A stretch of 64,000 nt of DNA. Source: a candidate division FCPU426 bacterium. GTDB lineage: Bacteria; Oederibacteriota; Muellerivitia; Muellerivitales; Muellerivitaceae. The position numbers were made by a program, and so were the translations under genes. Of the stretch, positions 63,210 to 64,000 are shown one piece after another; position 1 is the stretch's first letter, and every line of letters starts with the position of its first letter. The stretch lies in contig CAVYSE010000011.1 in NCBI GenBank assembly GCA_963771075.1, forward strand, positions 288,001 to 352,000, given 5' to 3'. The notes under the pieces are model-generated. The model was not told where the DNA came from. It made no database searches and was given only the letters and a program-made list of their open reading frames with translations.

Positions 63210-64000
63210 ATGGCAACAACTAAACTACAAACAGAAGAGGAGTCCTTGGTAACACGGACCCTCGACTGGAAGGGGGCGGCCATCAACGCCATGGCGCTGA
63301 TCGCTCCCGGAGCCTTTTTGTGGATTACCTACCAGGTGCAGGCCGCCGCGACGACGCCGGACGGGGCATCTTGCGCGACCGACATGTGGGCGGGAATATT
63401 GGTCGCCCTCGTGTTGGCCTTTTTGACGGCGTTTTCTTACGCCGAATTGGCGAAGATTTACCCTGAGGCGGGATTCGCCAGCTGTGTTTATTTCGCCGAG
63501 AAGGCCTTTATCGACGACCAGGGCCTGAAACGCCCCGGGCCCACTTCCATGGCTCGTGTCGCCAAGCTGATCACCGGCTGGGCCGCCCACCTGTTCTACT
63601 GGGTTTATCCGGGGGTCATGGTGGCCTTCATGGCGACCCTGGTGGGTTATGTGGCGAACGCCATCTGGGGTATCACGGTGACGGTCATGTGGCAGATGGT
63701 CATTTCCGTGGTCTTCGCCTTCGCGGTCAGCTACATCGCCTATAAGGGCGTGCAGGGTTCCACCAAGCTGAACTACTGGGGCAACATCATCCAATGGGTG
63801 ACGCTGGTGATCTTCGGGATCCTGGCGGTCACCTACCGGGTCAGCAACCCGGACCACGCGACGGCCTGGGCCTTCAGCGGCCCGGTGGATATCGTGAAAT
63901 TCCACTCCATCAAGGGAGTGTTGATCCAATCCACCATCGCCATCCTGATCCTGGTGGGGTTTGAGAGCTCGACGGCCCTTGCCGCCGAGACCAAACAGCC
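63210..64000 (+). CDS. APC-family permease, 3'-truncated by window
   Basis: SD AGGAGG; MATTKLQ...AMALIAPGAFLW...SYAELAKIYPEAG...LVGFESSTALAAET; missed by the ORF track because it has no stop. Confidence 0.88.
   Translation, partial: MATTKLQTEEESLVTRTLDWKGAAINAMALIAPGAFLWITYQVQAAATTPDGASCATDMWAGILVALVLAFLTAFSYAELAKIYPEAGFASCVYFAEKAFIDDQGLKRPGPTSMARVAKLITGWAAHLFYWVYPGVMVAFMATLVGYVANAIWGITVTVMWQMVISVVFAFAVSYIAYKGVQGSTKLNYWGNIIQWVTLVIFGILAVTYRVSNPDHATAWAFSGPVDIVKFHSIKGVLIQSTIAILILVGFESSTALAAETKQ

Overview
Bacterial chromosomal window with no rRNA, tRNA, CRISPR array or transposase visible. It has four blocks. (1) 1-11.5 kb: 3' end of an FGE-sulfatase-domain gene, a DUF559 cassette flanked by palindromes, promoters carrying phased TAAC-N7-TAAC boxes, a 31-aa membrane peptide, a secreted protein, three tandem divergent PII genes with no amtB, an HTH-DUF1232 fusion and a TolC/MFP/CusA-CzcA-type RND pump. 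(2) 12-28 kb: a metal-homeostasis island. Two His/CxxC/R(A/S)PP leader ORFs (DUF2946/CruR-like) head an ABC + His-rich + 4x DUF3299-like + MerC operon and a TonB-dependent receptor-ExbBD-TonB-CDF operon, the latter bounded by ~0.5 kb direct repeats. (3) kdpFABC interleaved with four extra small membrane ORFs (28.6-34.1 kb); a kdpE-like regulator, an N-terminally reduced kdpD-like kinase, a fourth degenerate PII and an APC permease lie 27 kb away (60-64 kb). (4) 34-60 kb: an ECF sigma/anti-sigma pair, a PA14-CBM9 protein, a PorV/PorQ-like protein, an AraC regulator and five hemicellulases (2x GH30-like, GH62, 2x GH74) built from interchangeable catalytic heads and Thr-rich linker + CBM/Ig + T9SS-like C-terminal tails. 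Several genes carry single-base frameshifts that look like long-read consensus errors. Family assignments come from motif recognition only; no searches were run. The architecture suggests an FCPU426/Goldbacteria-like candidate-phylum organism (inference only).
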